Assembly (NCBI GenBank): GCA_951406725.2
Contig: OX597836.1
Coordinates: 12,524,001 to 12,588,000 of the forward strand
From: Octopus vulgaris
Taxonomy: Eukaryota
Direction: 5' to 3'
DNA: 64,000 bases
In this document: piece by piece, positions 27,188 through 39,392 of the stretch
Position numbering within the stretch: the stretch's first letter is position 1
Layout of the letters: each line of letters starts with the position of its first letter
The notes under the pieces: model-generated
Told to the model about the DNA's origin: nothing
What the model saw: the letters and a program-made list of their open reading frames with translations, nothing else
The model's database searches: none
Made by a program: the position numbers and the translations under genes

Positions 27188-28786
27188 TGTATATATACAT
27201 GCATGTATGGGTACAGGACATCAAAAAAATGTTGAACACAAGGAGAAACGAAAGCATAAAAACAAAAACATGGAAATGAACTATTTTTCAAACAACGAAA
27301 AAAACAGAGCACAAGACATACAACACAAGGAATATCCCCCTTCTTCAGTTGTCCCTGTTTCGTCTACTCTGCGTTTCAAAGTACTTACATATACACGTAT
27401 ATACATGTGCATATATGGGCACAGGACGTCACAGAACGTAAACAACATGAAATACGAAATACGTAAACCTGGAATACAAACTTTTTTTTTTGTGTGAACA
27501 ACGAATGAAACAAATGGTAAACAAAATAAACAACATAAAGAGCGACCCTATGTATATACATATATTTGAATATTTGTTGTGTAAGTTTGTTTGTCTACAT
27601 AGATAGCTTTCTGGGTATGTGTCTGTGTGCATTTGTATATGTGTGTGCGTTCATGTGTGTGTGTGTGTGTGTGTGTGACAGCTCTGGGGGTTTTTGTTGT
27701 CTGCCCCCTAAAACATGACACAATGTATTAAATATTGAGTATTATGAAAGCCAGGGCCTGGGAACAAGGGTTTAATGTGAAGAAGGGCTGAGCAGCGACT
27801 TGGGAGAAATATAACTGTTACGGGGGAAGATTTGATGTTGCCAGTGGCGGTGATGGAGGTGGCAGAGACAGCTGCAGTGGTGATGGTGGCGGTGGTGGTG
27901 GTGGTGGTAGTGGTGGCTGCAGCTTTGATAGTGTTGGTGGTGGTGGTGGTGGTGGTGGTGGTAGTGGTAGTGGCTGCGGCTTTGATAGTGGTGGTGGTGG
28001 CTGCGGGGGTTTTGATTGTGGTGGTGGTGGTCGTCGTGATGGTGGTAGTGGTGGTGGTGGTGGTGACAGTGACGAAGCTATAGTAATGGTAGTGATGGTG
28101 TTGCTGCTGCTGTTGATGATGATGATGATTTCAGGATAGTGGTGGTGGTGGTATAGATTTGTGATAATGGTGATGATAATGGTGGTGATAGTGCTGATGA
28201 TGAGGATGATGATGATTGTGGTGATGATGATGATGATGATAATGATGAATGTCCCCTTAGGATTGAATTAATTGCAGGGACAGGATAATGTATTCTACAA
28301 AGAGAGAGAAGAGAAGAGATATTTTTGCTGTGTCTTCAGAATACCTCCCTTAATGCTTATTGGTGGTTTGAGCAGGTTGGGTGGGGTGAGTCTCCAAACT
28401 TCCTCTATCTCACCCCAAAGTAAAGTGGGTGTTGCCTTCAGGGTGATTCTTGTTGTTGTTGCTGTTGGTGATGATAAGGTGACAGGTTGGCAGAATTATT
28501 GGCATCTCATACAAAATTCTTAGCCCCATTTCACTTTTTTGGGGTCAATAAATTAAGTACCTGTGAAATACTGGGGCCCCCGATGTAATTGTAGTCTCCC
28601 TCCCCATGAAATTTCAGACCTTGTGCCTATAATAGAAAGGATTATTATTATTATTATTATTATTATTATTGTTATTATTATTCATTTAACGTCCGCTTTC
28701 CCTGCTTGCATGGGTTGGATGATTTGACTGAGGACTGGTGAACCAGATGGCTGCACCAGGCTCCAATTTTATTATTATTATTATTA

Positions 28787-29213
28787 TTGCCAGCCTCGCG
28801 TCCGTTGCCAGCCTCGGTCCGTTGCCAGCCTCGCCTGGCCCCCGTGCCGGTGACACGTAAAAGCACAATCCGTTTCGTGGCCGTTTGCCAGCTCTGTCTG
28901 GCCCCCGTGTTGGTGGCACGTAAAAGCACCATCCGTTCGTGTCCGTGCCAGCCTCGCCTGGCCCCGTGCCGGTGACACGTAAAAGCACCATCTGTTCATG
29001 GCCGTTTGCCAGCTCTGTCTGGCACCTGTGCGGGTGGCACGTAAAAAGCACCCACTATACTCACGGAGTGGTTGGCGTTAGGAAGGGCATCCAGCCGTAG
29101 AAACACTGCCAGATCTGACTGGGCCTGATGAAGCCTTCCAGCTTCACAGACCCCAGTTGAACCGTCCAACCCATGCTAGCATGGAGAACGGACGCTAAAT
29201 GATGATGATGATG
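28787..29213 (+). mobile_element. RTE 3'-UTR copy with about 5 tandem ~60-bp units and (GAT)n tail
   Basis: Repeats of gccagcctcgcctggcccc(c)gtgccggtgacacgtaaaagcac, followed by the standard LINE 3' end. Confidence 0.85.
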
Positions 29214-29263
<50 letters not shown>

Positions 29264-29294
29264 TGATACATATATCTACATATATTTACATATA

Positions 29295-29459
29295 GGCACA
29301 GGAGTGGCTGTGTGGTAAGTAGCTTGCTTACTAACCACATGGTTCTGGGTTCAGTCCCACTGCGTGGCACCTTGGGTAAGTGTCTTCTGCTATAGCCCTG
29401 GGCCGACCAATGCCTTGTGAGTGGATTTGGTAGACAGAAACTGAAAGAAGCCTGTCGTA

Positions 29460-29516
<57 letters not shown>

Positions 29517-29717
29517 ATATGTTTGTGCATCTGTGTTTCTCCCCCTAGCATTGCTTGACAACTGATGCTGGTGTGTTTATGTCCCCGTCACTTAGCGGTT
29601 CGGCAAAAGAGAGCGATAGAATAAGTACTGGGCTTACAAAGAATAAGTCCCGGGGTCGATTGCTTGACTAAAGGCGGTGCTCCAGCATGGCCGCAGTCAA
29701 ATGACTGAAACAAGTAA
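29295..29717 (+). mobile_element. SINE family A, full-length
   Basis: ggcacaggagtggctgtgtggtaagtagc…ggcggtgctccagcatggccgcagtcaaatgactgaaacaagtaaa. Confidence 0.85.
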
Positions 29718-29825
29718 ATAATAATAATAAAATTGGAGCCTGGTGCAGCCATCTGGTTCGCCAGTCCTCAGTCAAATCATCCAACCCATGCTAGCAGGGA
29801 AAGCAGACCTTAAATGAATAATATA

Positions 29826-30331
29826 TCTATATATATAAAACTCTAGTTGTGTGAGTGTCTGTCCCCTTCGATTTACATTCCTAACTCCTCCCACATTTTG
29901 CGGTGCAGTTTAACCAAATTCGGGTATCTTATAGTCGTGATTCATATCGAGCCCGTCTGACTATTAGCGCGCGTCAACGATGAGTCTACGATTTTAAAAA
30001 TAATTTAACATAATTTTTTATTCCATTTTAATGCATAAAATGCATCGTGTGTCGATGGCGGCGGAGTTGGCGTCCACGCTCACAGCTGCACCTGTTTGCC
30101 TCTCCCCCTTCCCTCCCTCGTGAAGCTGTGGGGAAGGGAGTGTAAAGAAATCAACGTCGTAATGCGTTGTGAAGGAAACCAGCGTTCTTTTAGAACAACG
30201 ACTTCATGGCTTGAAGACACCAAAACAAAAATGGCTAAGAAAGCCCGAATTTATAAGGGAAGTAACTCTCTAAAAATGCTTATATAGTTATTTCCCTTAC
30301 AAACCCGAGCAACGCCGGGTGATACTGCTAG
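29826..30331 (+). mobile_element. Non-autonomous Helitron, longer variant
   Basis: A|TC…cccgagcaacgccggg…CTAG|T. Homologous to 6043-6348 with about 200 bp of extra internal sequence (~30035-30245). Confidence 0.8.
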
Positions 30332-30778
30332 TATATATATATATATATATATATGATTTGTATATGTATGAGTGTTGACAACTGTATGTTTGTGTGTGTG
30401 CATATTTGCGTGCATATCTACTGATAAGTGCATTTACTACTATAAAGCCACGCCCCACACTCTTCTCTCCTGCACATGTACCCAAATCTTGTTTACCAGC
30501 AGAATACTTTCGAATCAATGACCCTCGACCCATGTTGCCTGAGAGCTACGTTTAGGAAAACACCACCACTCCTACCACCATACCTACGCACACTCGAAGG
30601 TTGTGCATGTGTGCATTTTGGCGTACCTACGATGTCATTCATCATGCATTGTCAGTTGCATCGAGTGGGGGGGGGACTGGTTTCGCAGCAATGTTATCGT
30701 TATGCACTGAAGGGATTAAGTGACTGCCTCAACCCACAATCCATTGCTGTTTAGATTACTGTGCAGTAGTATGCTCTG

Positions 30779-31070
30779 TGGTAGAGGCGCAATGGCCCAG
30801 TGGTTAGGGCAGCGGACTCGAAGTCGGAGGATCGCAGTTTCGATTCCCAGACCGGGCGTTGTGTGTGTTATTGAGCGAAAACATCTAAAGCTCCATGAGG
30901 CTCTGGTGGCGACCCTTGTACTCTTTTACCACAACTTTCTCTCGCTCTTTCTTCCTGTTTCTTGAGTAACACTGCGATGGACTGGCATCACGTCCAGCTG
31001 GGGGGAACACATACACCACAGAAACCGGGCCCATGAGCCTGGCTAGGCTTGAAAAGGGCGCATAAATAAA
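30779..31070 (+). mobile_element. SINE family C, tail type iii
   Basis: Head with ggactcgaagtc (TCG, Arg-like anticodon), then tail ctgcgatggactggcatcacgtccagc…gaaaccgggcccatgagc…(AAAT)n. Confidence 0.75.
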
Positions 31071-31096
31071 TAATAGAACCACCAAGTAAAGGCTCC

Positions 31097-31645
31097 AGCG
31101 AGCTGGCAGAAACATTAGCACGCTGCCGCTACGTTCTGAGTTCAAATTCCGCCAAGGTCAACTTTGCCTTTTATCCTTTTGGGGTTGATTAAATAAGTAC
31201 CAGTTACACACTGGGGTCGATAGAATTGACTTAATCCGTTTGTCCTCTCTGTGTTTAGCCCCTTGTGGATGGTAAAGAAATAGGTATTTCGTCTGTCTTT
31301 ATGTTGTGAGTTCAAATTCCACCGAGTTCGACCTTGCCTTTCATCCTCTCGGGGGTCAATAAATTAAGTACCAGTTACGCACTAGGGGCAATATAATCGA
31401 CTTAATCTGTTTGTCTGTCCTTGTTTGTCCCTTCTGTGTTTAGCCCCTAGTGGGTAGTAAAGAAATAGTTATTTCGTCTGTCTTTACATTCTGAGTTCAA
31501 ATTTCATCGAAGTCAACTTTACATTTCGTCCTTTCGGGGTCGATAAATTAAGTAGCAGTTACGCACTGGGGTCGATGTAATCGACTTAATCCCTTTGTTT
31601 TTCCTCTCTATGTTTAGCCCCTTGTGGGCAATAAAGAAATAAGTA
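31097..31645 (+). mobile_element. SINE family B, head plus 3 tandem bodies
   Basis: Units of about 170-190 bp joined at gtaaagaaata|g(g/t)tatttcgtctgtc (~31282 and ~31467). Confidence 0.85.
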
Positions 31646-32871
31646 TCGGCTCCGGTGTTGATTCAGCTGTATATTCCTCATTCTTGGACTGCTTCATTAG
31701 CGTTCTGTTCCTGGTTCTTGGCCGACAGTCATGTCAACATCTTTGTCAATATCCCAAGGAACAATTGCTTCCTATTCGAACACAATGCCGATATGGATGT
31801 CTGCCATTCTTTACCAAAACTTTCCTCCCCATTCTCTTTCTCTCTCAACACCGAAACTTATTTCTCGTGATTGGCTGCAAATGACACAGTCGCCTCTGAT
31901 GTGTTCTTTTGAACTTTGTTGACCTCGTACTCTACCAAAAGTACATCTTATATTTGTAAGACGAGCAGTTTATCTTGCTTTTTCCTCTCCCCCACCTGTC
32001 TCTTTCTCTCTTTCACTCTCTCTTTCACTTTCTCTGCTTAATGCTTCAGTTTAGCATCTTTTTGGATTTTTCATCAAAATTCTTCATTTTTGTTTTCCTC
32101 CCCCCACTCCACCCCCATTCTTATACTGGTATCATGTTGATTGGCCAACTCTTAAGACTTTCTTCTGTTTTAGTATGGCATCAATTTGTTTTTTTTTTTG
32201 TTACTAACTTTTTGTTTTTTGTATATATGTTGCGTTTTTTTTTTTGTATTCTTTCTCTTTATTTTATATTCTTCACATCTTACCAATTCTCCAATTTCAA
32301 TAACTCCTTCCTTCCAAACTTTAACAAACATTGGCGACCAGCAGCGGCACCAGTGGCGGATCTAATCAACTGATTTATGACAAGAAATTTTCTTTTTATT
32401 TCCTTCGGAAAGACAAAAAAAAAAAAATAAAAGAGAGAGAGAGATAATTTCTTTTGAAAACTTTTTCAAAAGAACAATTTCACAGGCAGGCGGTGGCGGT
32501 GGTGGGTGGTTCTTCCTTAGAAGAAAATAAATATAGAATCAAAGAAGAAACATGTCTATAAAACAAAAAATACGAAAAATAAGAAAAAAAACTAGCAAAA
32601 TAGAAAGAAAAATAGGAAAGAGAAAAAAAAACATCATAAAGTGTCTATTTTTACCTCGGTGAAATATCTTGCTTGTCATTTGTCTTTTCGGTTATTCCAT
32701 CATCAAGCTGTAGTCTGTACTAAACATTAACTTAGTCTATATGTTAAGCTTGATATGAGATCATAAGTTATTTTTCATGGCAAAACGACTACGTTTTAGT
32801 AGAGAAGGCCTCTCTTGAACAAATGAAAAGGCCACAGAGGAAATCCCATCTGAGTTATTAGAATTAAAGAG

Positions 32872-32918
<47 letters not shown>

Positions 32919-33268
32919 GGAATAATAATAATAATATAATGATAGTAATAATAATAATAATGATGATGATGATTATGATAATAATAATAATAATAATATT
33001 AGAATTAACGAGGAATAATAATAATAATAATAATAATAGTAATGATAATAATAATAGAATTAAAGAGGAATAATAATAATAATAATAATAATAATGATAA
33101 TAATAATAATAACAATAGTGGTAGTAGTTGTAATAATAATCGTAGTTGTAGCAGTAATAATAATATTAGTGAATAGTAATAATAGTTTTTTGTTGTTTTT
33201 CTTTTTCTTTTTTTTCTTTTTTTTTTTTGTTAAACAGTTGCTGCGTGTAGAGATAGTATTTTCATAGA

Positions 33269-33307
<39 letters not shown>

Positions 33308-33787
33308 AGGCAGGCAATGTTTTCGGTAAAGAATATAAAACACTGAAAAAAAAAACGGAAAAAAAAACTACTTCTTATTAATCTGAAATGAAACATGGTG
33401 ATTCTTCTCACCGATAACGGAAAAGAGAGACAGAAGCCACAAGTCTGTTTTAATGGTGTTGCTGCTGCTGCTGTTGGCATAGTTTTGCGTGTGTGGGGGG
33501 TGGGGTTCTTTTTTTCTTTTTGTTTTTTGTCTTCGTTCTCCAAGACCAGACGGAAACTTTTCATGCTGGAGGGTCAGCTAGTTTTAAACATAAAATTTGG
33601 CTTTTCGACCCCGTTTTCTTACAAGTTTTTACGCAGTACATAAGTATTGTATTAGTATTTGCTGTACAAACTCTATGAAAAATATACCTGTTTCTGATCA
33701 AGAGATAATTAAGAAGGGACTGACTGCAAAGAACCTGTCAAGTAGCGCCACCATCATTCATTTTCTTCTGATAGAATCATTCATTTC

Positions 33788-34920
33788 TGTCTGTGATTTC
33801 AAACAAGTCGAGGCCTATTATTCTCACAAGCAGGCATGACTGTGTGGTAAGAAACTTGTTTCGCAACCACCTGGTACCAGGTTCAGTCTCACTGTGTGGC
33901 ACCTTGGGCAGGTGTCTTCTATTATAAGCCTTTTTGTAAATTCCGTAGTCTTTTCAAATGGCTAATAATGTGTGCGCACGCCACTACTACACACATTGGA
34001 AAGCATTGTACAACCAAGTACTAAAGAAGATCTTTCCTCCTCCATGAAACAAAGCTGTTCCCACTGGACGTCAACCCAGTATTTCTAAGCTACGGACCGT
34101 GTGATTTATTGTAAGGTTATCTCTCTAGATAGATTGCCTTCACTACGGCTAAGGAGCCCTTTCTACCCCACTGACACAGGTTGTACTGGTTTACTGTTTA
34201 CCAGTAGTAGGATCCCATGCTGCATACAACAGACCTGACCACAGTCGAACAATGATGAATGATGATTATAAGCCTTGGGCTGACCAAAGCCTTGTAAGTG
34301 GATTTGCTGGGCAGAAACTGAAGGAAGCCTGTTGTATATATATATATGCTCATAAGGGCCGGTTTCCTGGTTTCCTTGGCGTATAAGTTCTCCACCTGGA
34401 CGGAACGCCAGTCTGTCGCAGGTAAGCTGCAAGTCTGTGATTTCAAACAAGTCGAGGTCTATTACTCTCACAAACAGGCAGGGCTGTGTGGTAAGAAGTT
34501 CGTTTCGCAACCACCTGGTTCCAGGTTCAGTCCCACTGCATGGCACCTTGGGCAGGTGTCTTCTATTATAAGCCTTGGGCTGACCAAAGCCTTGTAAGTG
34601 GATTTGCTGGGCGGAAACTGAAGGAAGCCTGTTGTATATATATATATATGCTCATAAGGGCCGGTTTCCTGGGCATATAAGTTCTCCACCTGGACGGGAT
34701 GCCGGTCTGTCGCAGGTAAGCTGCAAGATGCAGAAGGAAAGAGCGAGAGAAATTTGTGGTGAAAGAGTTAGCAGAAGTTCACCGTTACGTTCTGCCGGAG
34801 CCACGTGGAGCTTAGGTGTTTTGCTCATAAACACACACATCATCTGGTCTGAGATTTGAACCCACGATCCTTCGACCGCGAGTCCACTGCTCTAACCACT
34901 AGGCCATGTGCCTCCACAGT
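33788..34920. repeat. Local mosaic duplication of SINE A and SINE C pieces
   Basis: 33790-33930 ≈ 34434-34575 and 34265-34432 ≈ 34565-34725. A SINE C head lies on the minus strand at ~34730-34920. Confidence 0.7.
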
Positions 34921-35915
34921 GCAGAAAATTAATGAGATGAATTTCAAATTAGCTTTGGTTTCCTTTGCTGTAATTAATGAGTGAACCACTGCTAACTTAA
35001 GTAGCTGCTGTCTCACATGCATAATTCTCTCTCTCTCCCTCTCTCTCTCTCTCTTTCCCTCCGTCTCTTTCTCTCCTTCTCTTTCTCTCTCTTTTTCTCC
35101 CCCCCCCCCCCACCCGTGTTGAAAGATTTAAAGATCTTACATACATAAATCTATAAATAGGTACCCTGAGAATATTTCCTTTTCTTTTGACTAGGTTGTG
35201 GCGGGTGGGGCAGGGAGGCAATGGGTATTTTAGTCTGGTCCTGCTGGGACAACCAGCGAGTGAGGGTGGGGGGTTGCAAGGACGGGGGGGGGCGGTAGGG
35301 GAAGGGACGTAGGTAAATCTTAATAAATAGTCAAGGGTTCTCCATGGCAGACAAGGTCAAAAACTGTCTCTAGACTGTCCCCACTCCACGTTTTTGTTTT
35401 TTAGGGGGTTTTTTTCCCCTTATCTTTTAAGCAGAGACTGGTTTAACATCAAACAGAAGTGTCATTGACAATCTCTTTCCTTTTTTCAACAAAAGGGGAG
35501 CTGAACAATACAGTTAATGGTGAGGAGGTAAGCAGAGGAGGAAGGGGCCGGCAGGGGAAGGGAGAGGCTATTATCCCCCCTTTTTCCTTTTTTATCTATT
35601 TGTTTTGCAGTGAAAGGTAGAATAATGGTTTATTTAGTTGTAAAATTGCATAAATGAATGGATAAAACCTGGATTAATGGAGAGGGACATGAGAATACTG
35701 TTAGTTGATTCTTTTTTTTGTCTTTTCTCTTTTCAAAGTTGATCAAAAGGAGATTTGACTTTGTAATTAGCCCCTTGTTGTTGAATAAATGTGTGCCCCT
35801 TACATCCTATTCAAGTAGACCTGCAACTAAAATTCCTGGGACAAAATCTATTGTATTACTGGCGAGACCTATAATATATATAACAGGGCCAATATATATA
35901 TATATATATATATAT

Positions 35916-36252
35916 AGGCGTAGGAGTGGCTGTGTGGTAAGTAGCTTTCTTACCAACCACATGGTTCCGGGTTCAGTCCCACTGCAAGTGTTTTCTACTA
36001 TAGCCTCGGGTCAACCAAAGCCTTGTGTGTGAATTTGGTAGACAGAAACTGAAAGAAGCCCGTCGTATATATATGTGTGTATGTGTGTGTGAATATGTTA
36101 GTGTGTTTATGTCCCCATAACTTAGCGGTTTGGCAAAAGTGACCGATACAATAAGTACTAGGCTTACAAAGAATAAGTCCTGGGGTCGATTTGCTCAACT
36201 AAAGGCGGTGCTCCAGCATGGCCACAGTCAAATGACTGAAACAAGTAAAAGA

Positions 36253-36255
<3 letters not shown>
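35916..36255 (+). mobile_element. SINE family A
   Basis: Consensus head, body and tail with small internal deletions. Confidence 0.85.
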
Positions 36256-36287
<32 letters not shown>

Positions 36288-36645
36288 GAAGTAATAATTA
36301 TCCCCAATTAAACATGGTTGTTCTGTTAGAACAAGCTATACTGCGGTAGTTACCGAGAGAGACACTCTCATATAGGCCTTTGGTGCAAAATGCACACTTG
36401 TTTATATTACTAGTGGAGAGATAAATCCCTGCCACCTCCAGCACTGAGTCCAGCAGGTCACTGGATTTCAACCTTGTTTGGTCTTGTCAATGATGGTTAC
36501 TCAACTGATAGAGGCAGCAGCTATTCATCTCCCTGCCAGCAATATTTAGATTGACAGTGCTAGAACAGGCGCTGGTGTCACAATTAGCCGATAGAATGAC
36601 CGATAGAATAAGTACTAGGCTTACAAAGAATAAGTCCTGGGGTCG

Positions 36646-36895
36646 CTTATTAAAAATATAAGATCTGCATGATGCGGATGTGGACATTTTCAAAAAACAT
36701 CTAGACAAGCTGCTTTCCGGGATCCCAGATGAACCCACTGCAAGGTACGAGGGTAACCTAAGGGCGGCAGCTACAAACTCTCTCTTAGATCAGTGGCCAG
36801 CCACGGCAAACTGGACTTAGAGAGGGTAGCAACAAGGGCGGTGCCCCAGCATGGCCTCAGCCGGATGGCTGAAACAGGTAAACGAGTAAAAGAGT
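36646..36895 (+). mobile_element. 3' end of a CR1/jockey-group LINE whose tail matches SINE A, fused to a SINE A body fragment (36597-36645)
   Basis: 36662-36820 translates DLHDADVDIFKKHLDKLLSGIPDEPTARYEGNLRAAATNSLLDQWPATANWT*, a LINE ORF2-like C-terminus. It is followed by gggcggtgccccagcatggcctcagccggatggctgaaacaggtaaa…gtaaaagagt. Confidence 0.7.
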
Positions 36896-37144
36896 AATTA
36901 GAGGCAGGGGCAGTTTCAATATCAAGCGTTAATATTTATCCCATACTTAAAAGTGGATGTTCTATAAGAACAAGCTATACTGCTGTAGTTACCATGAGAG
37001 AAAGCTCTCATATTGGCTTTTGCTGCAAAATACACACTCGCTTATATTGCCAAAAGCCAATCTGAAGAGTTTGTCTGTGGGGAGGAATATTCCTTCTCAG
37101 TGCTACTACTGCCTCTGTTGCTAATATACTCATTTACTCGTTTG

Positions 37145-37352
37145 CATGTTTCAGTCATTTGACTGTGGCCATGCTGGAGCACCACCTTTAGTTGAGCAAA
37201 TCGACCTCAGCACTCATTCTTTGTAAGTCTAGTACTTATTCTATTGGTCGCTTTTGCCGAACCGTTAAGTTACAGGGACGTAAACACACTAGCATCGGTT
37301 GTCAAGCGATGTTGGGGGGACAAACAGACACGCAAACGTATACACACACACA

Positions 37353-37420
<68 letters not shown>

Positions 37421-37697
37421 CCTACAATGGGCCTCTTTCCTGAACTGCTAAACACACCGACATTGGTTGTCAAGCGATGGTGGGGTGACAAACACAGACG
37501 CAAAGACACACGCATATATATATATATATACATATACACGACAGGCTTCTTTCAGTTTCCATCTACCAAATCCACTCACAAGGCCTTAGTCAGCCCAAGG
37601 CTATAGTAGATGATACTTGCTCAAGGTGCCATGCAATGGGACTGAACCCAGAATTATGTGGTTGGGAAGCAAACTTCTTACCACACAGCCATACCTG
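37145..37697 (-). mobile_element. SINE family A with internal partial duplication
   Basis: Reverse-complement tail, two copies of the aaacacac…ggttgtcaagcgatg segment, then the head. Confidence 0.8.
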
Positions 37698-38100
37698 TTT
37701 TTAGTATATAAAATGGATTATAGTTCACTTAAACCCTTTAGCTTTCCGATTACTTTGTCAAATGTTGTGTTTATTTATTTTCATTGTCTTGAATTAATCA
37801 TACATTATCTCACACCTTCAAAACATCAATGACATGTTGCTTATTTTTAGAATGACATTACAGGGTAGGTTTGAGAGGTCAGATATGGATGGCTTAACTT
37901 CTGTTTTTTTTTTTTTTTTATAAGATGATCAAGAATTACTTAGAACTTTCTAAAACCTCAAAATACATTTTTTGGGGAAACCATCTAATTCACCTTTCTT
38001 CCAATAAATGGTAATATTCACGTTACAGCATTTTAGATAACCAAAGTGTGCTTTCTCTCGTATTATTTCTAAAGTTCATTTCTTGTATTTTCTGTTCCAG

Positions 38101-38220
38101 GTTCCATCCATTGTTCGCTCTATACCTGAGGAACAAATTCTTAGCCTGCAGCAGCAGACACAGTTTTTGTGGCAAACATATTTTTCCAATTTGGATAAAA
38201 TCGTCACAACAGTCTTGGAA
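38101..38220 (+). CDS. EXT1: Exostosin-1 next coding exon: VPSIVRSIPEEQILSLQQQTQFLWQTYFSNLDKIVTTVLE
   Basis: In-frame continuation of the previous exon; matches EXT1 [40 protein letters not shown]. Acceptor tttctgttccag ends at 38100 and donor gtaagt starts at 38221. Length 120 nt, phase 0-0. It is absent from the supplied ORF track because it is too short. Confidence 0.95.
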
Positions 38221-39039
38221 GTAAGTGAAACAGTTTACTATTTGTTGTTCTAGTTATTTAAAGATCTCCCTGTCACATCTGCCTGGTCACCGCTCTGTAT
38301 ATTTATGTATATCTATGTGTGTATCTTTCTGTACTAGGCTTGGGGGCTGAAAAGTTCCTGGCTGCTAAGCCTAAACGAGGTTGTGGTACCAGCCTTTCCT
38401 GTTTGTTTTCACTGTCCTGTTTTTGTCGCTAATTTTGACCCTCTGCAAAATCCCAAATTTGCTTTGCGGGAGCAACTATTTTATCAAAGGCGTATCTTGT
38501 GGAATGCTAGAAATACGGATCCGCCAACAACTGATGAAGAGTCGTTCTTTGTGTTGCTTGTCCTGTTTTCCATTTGTTTCTCACACACACATATATATAT
38601 AAAGGAGAAATTAAGATAAACACAAGTTTACATCATTTGTTCCTACATATGTTTCGACGTTGTGGTTGTTTAGAATTATATATTGAATGTTCCAGGTGTA
38701 ACTGGATGCTTTTAACCACAACGGATCATAATTTTCCAGATGTTAACGTACTACAGTGTGGTTTCCTTTTTAGTGTGTGCGTGTGTATTGTTCTTTTTCA
38801 AAAGTCAGTGGTGTATGATTTCAGGGAGATTTAGCTGCTATTTCTAATACAAAAGAGGCTTCCACATGGGACTCATATTGCTTCTTCAATTCCTCAGTAA
38901 AGTTCTTCCATAATAATAGCTTTCTGGATGGCCTTACAAGAAAATAATAGAAATCAGAAAATATATCGGGGAAACAACACATTCTGACTACATAAATGCA
39001 TATATGTGCATACACACACACACACACTCACACACACGG

Positions 39040-39392
39040 TAGCACTCCGTCGGTTACGATGACGAGAGTTCCAGTTGATCCAATCAACGGAACAGCCTAC
39101 TCATGAAATGAACGTGCAAGTGGCTGAGCACTCCACAGACACACGTACTCTTAACGTAGTTCTCGGGGATATTCAGCGTGACACAGAGAGTGACACAAAG
39201 GCTGGCCCTTTGAAATACAGGTACAACGGAAACAGGAAGAAAGAGTACAGCAGGGTTCACCACCACCCCCTGCCAGAGCCTCATGGAGCTTTAGGTGTTT
39301 TCACTCAGTAAACACTCACAACTCCCGGTCTGGGAATCGAAACCACGACCGCAAGTCCGCTACCCTAACCACTGAGCCATTGCGCTTCCACA
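39040..39392 (-). mobile_element. SINE family C, tail type ii
   Basis: Reverse complement of 25997-26337. Confidence 0.8.

Noticed and set aside
30779-30860. Possible tRNA-Arg gene (also other SINE A and C heads)
   Set aside because: The tRNA-like A and B boxes continue into SINE bodies present in many diverged copies; there is no clean cloverleaf or terminator.
31130-31645. Hammerhead ribozyme in the tandem SINE B unit (retrozyme hypothesis)
   Set aside because: No CUGANGA…GAAA core was found on either strand of the unit.
38383-38619. 78-aa ORF or possible Penelope GIY-YIG C-terminus (LREQLF…) with ctgatgaag motif; related repeat at ~27200-27380
   Set aside because: The similarity is too short and degenerate, and no complete hammerhead topology could be built.
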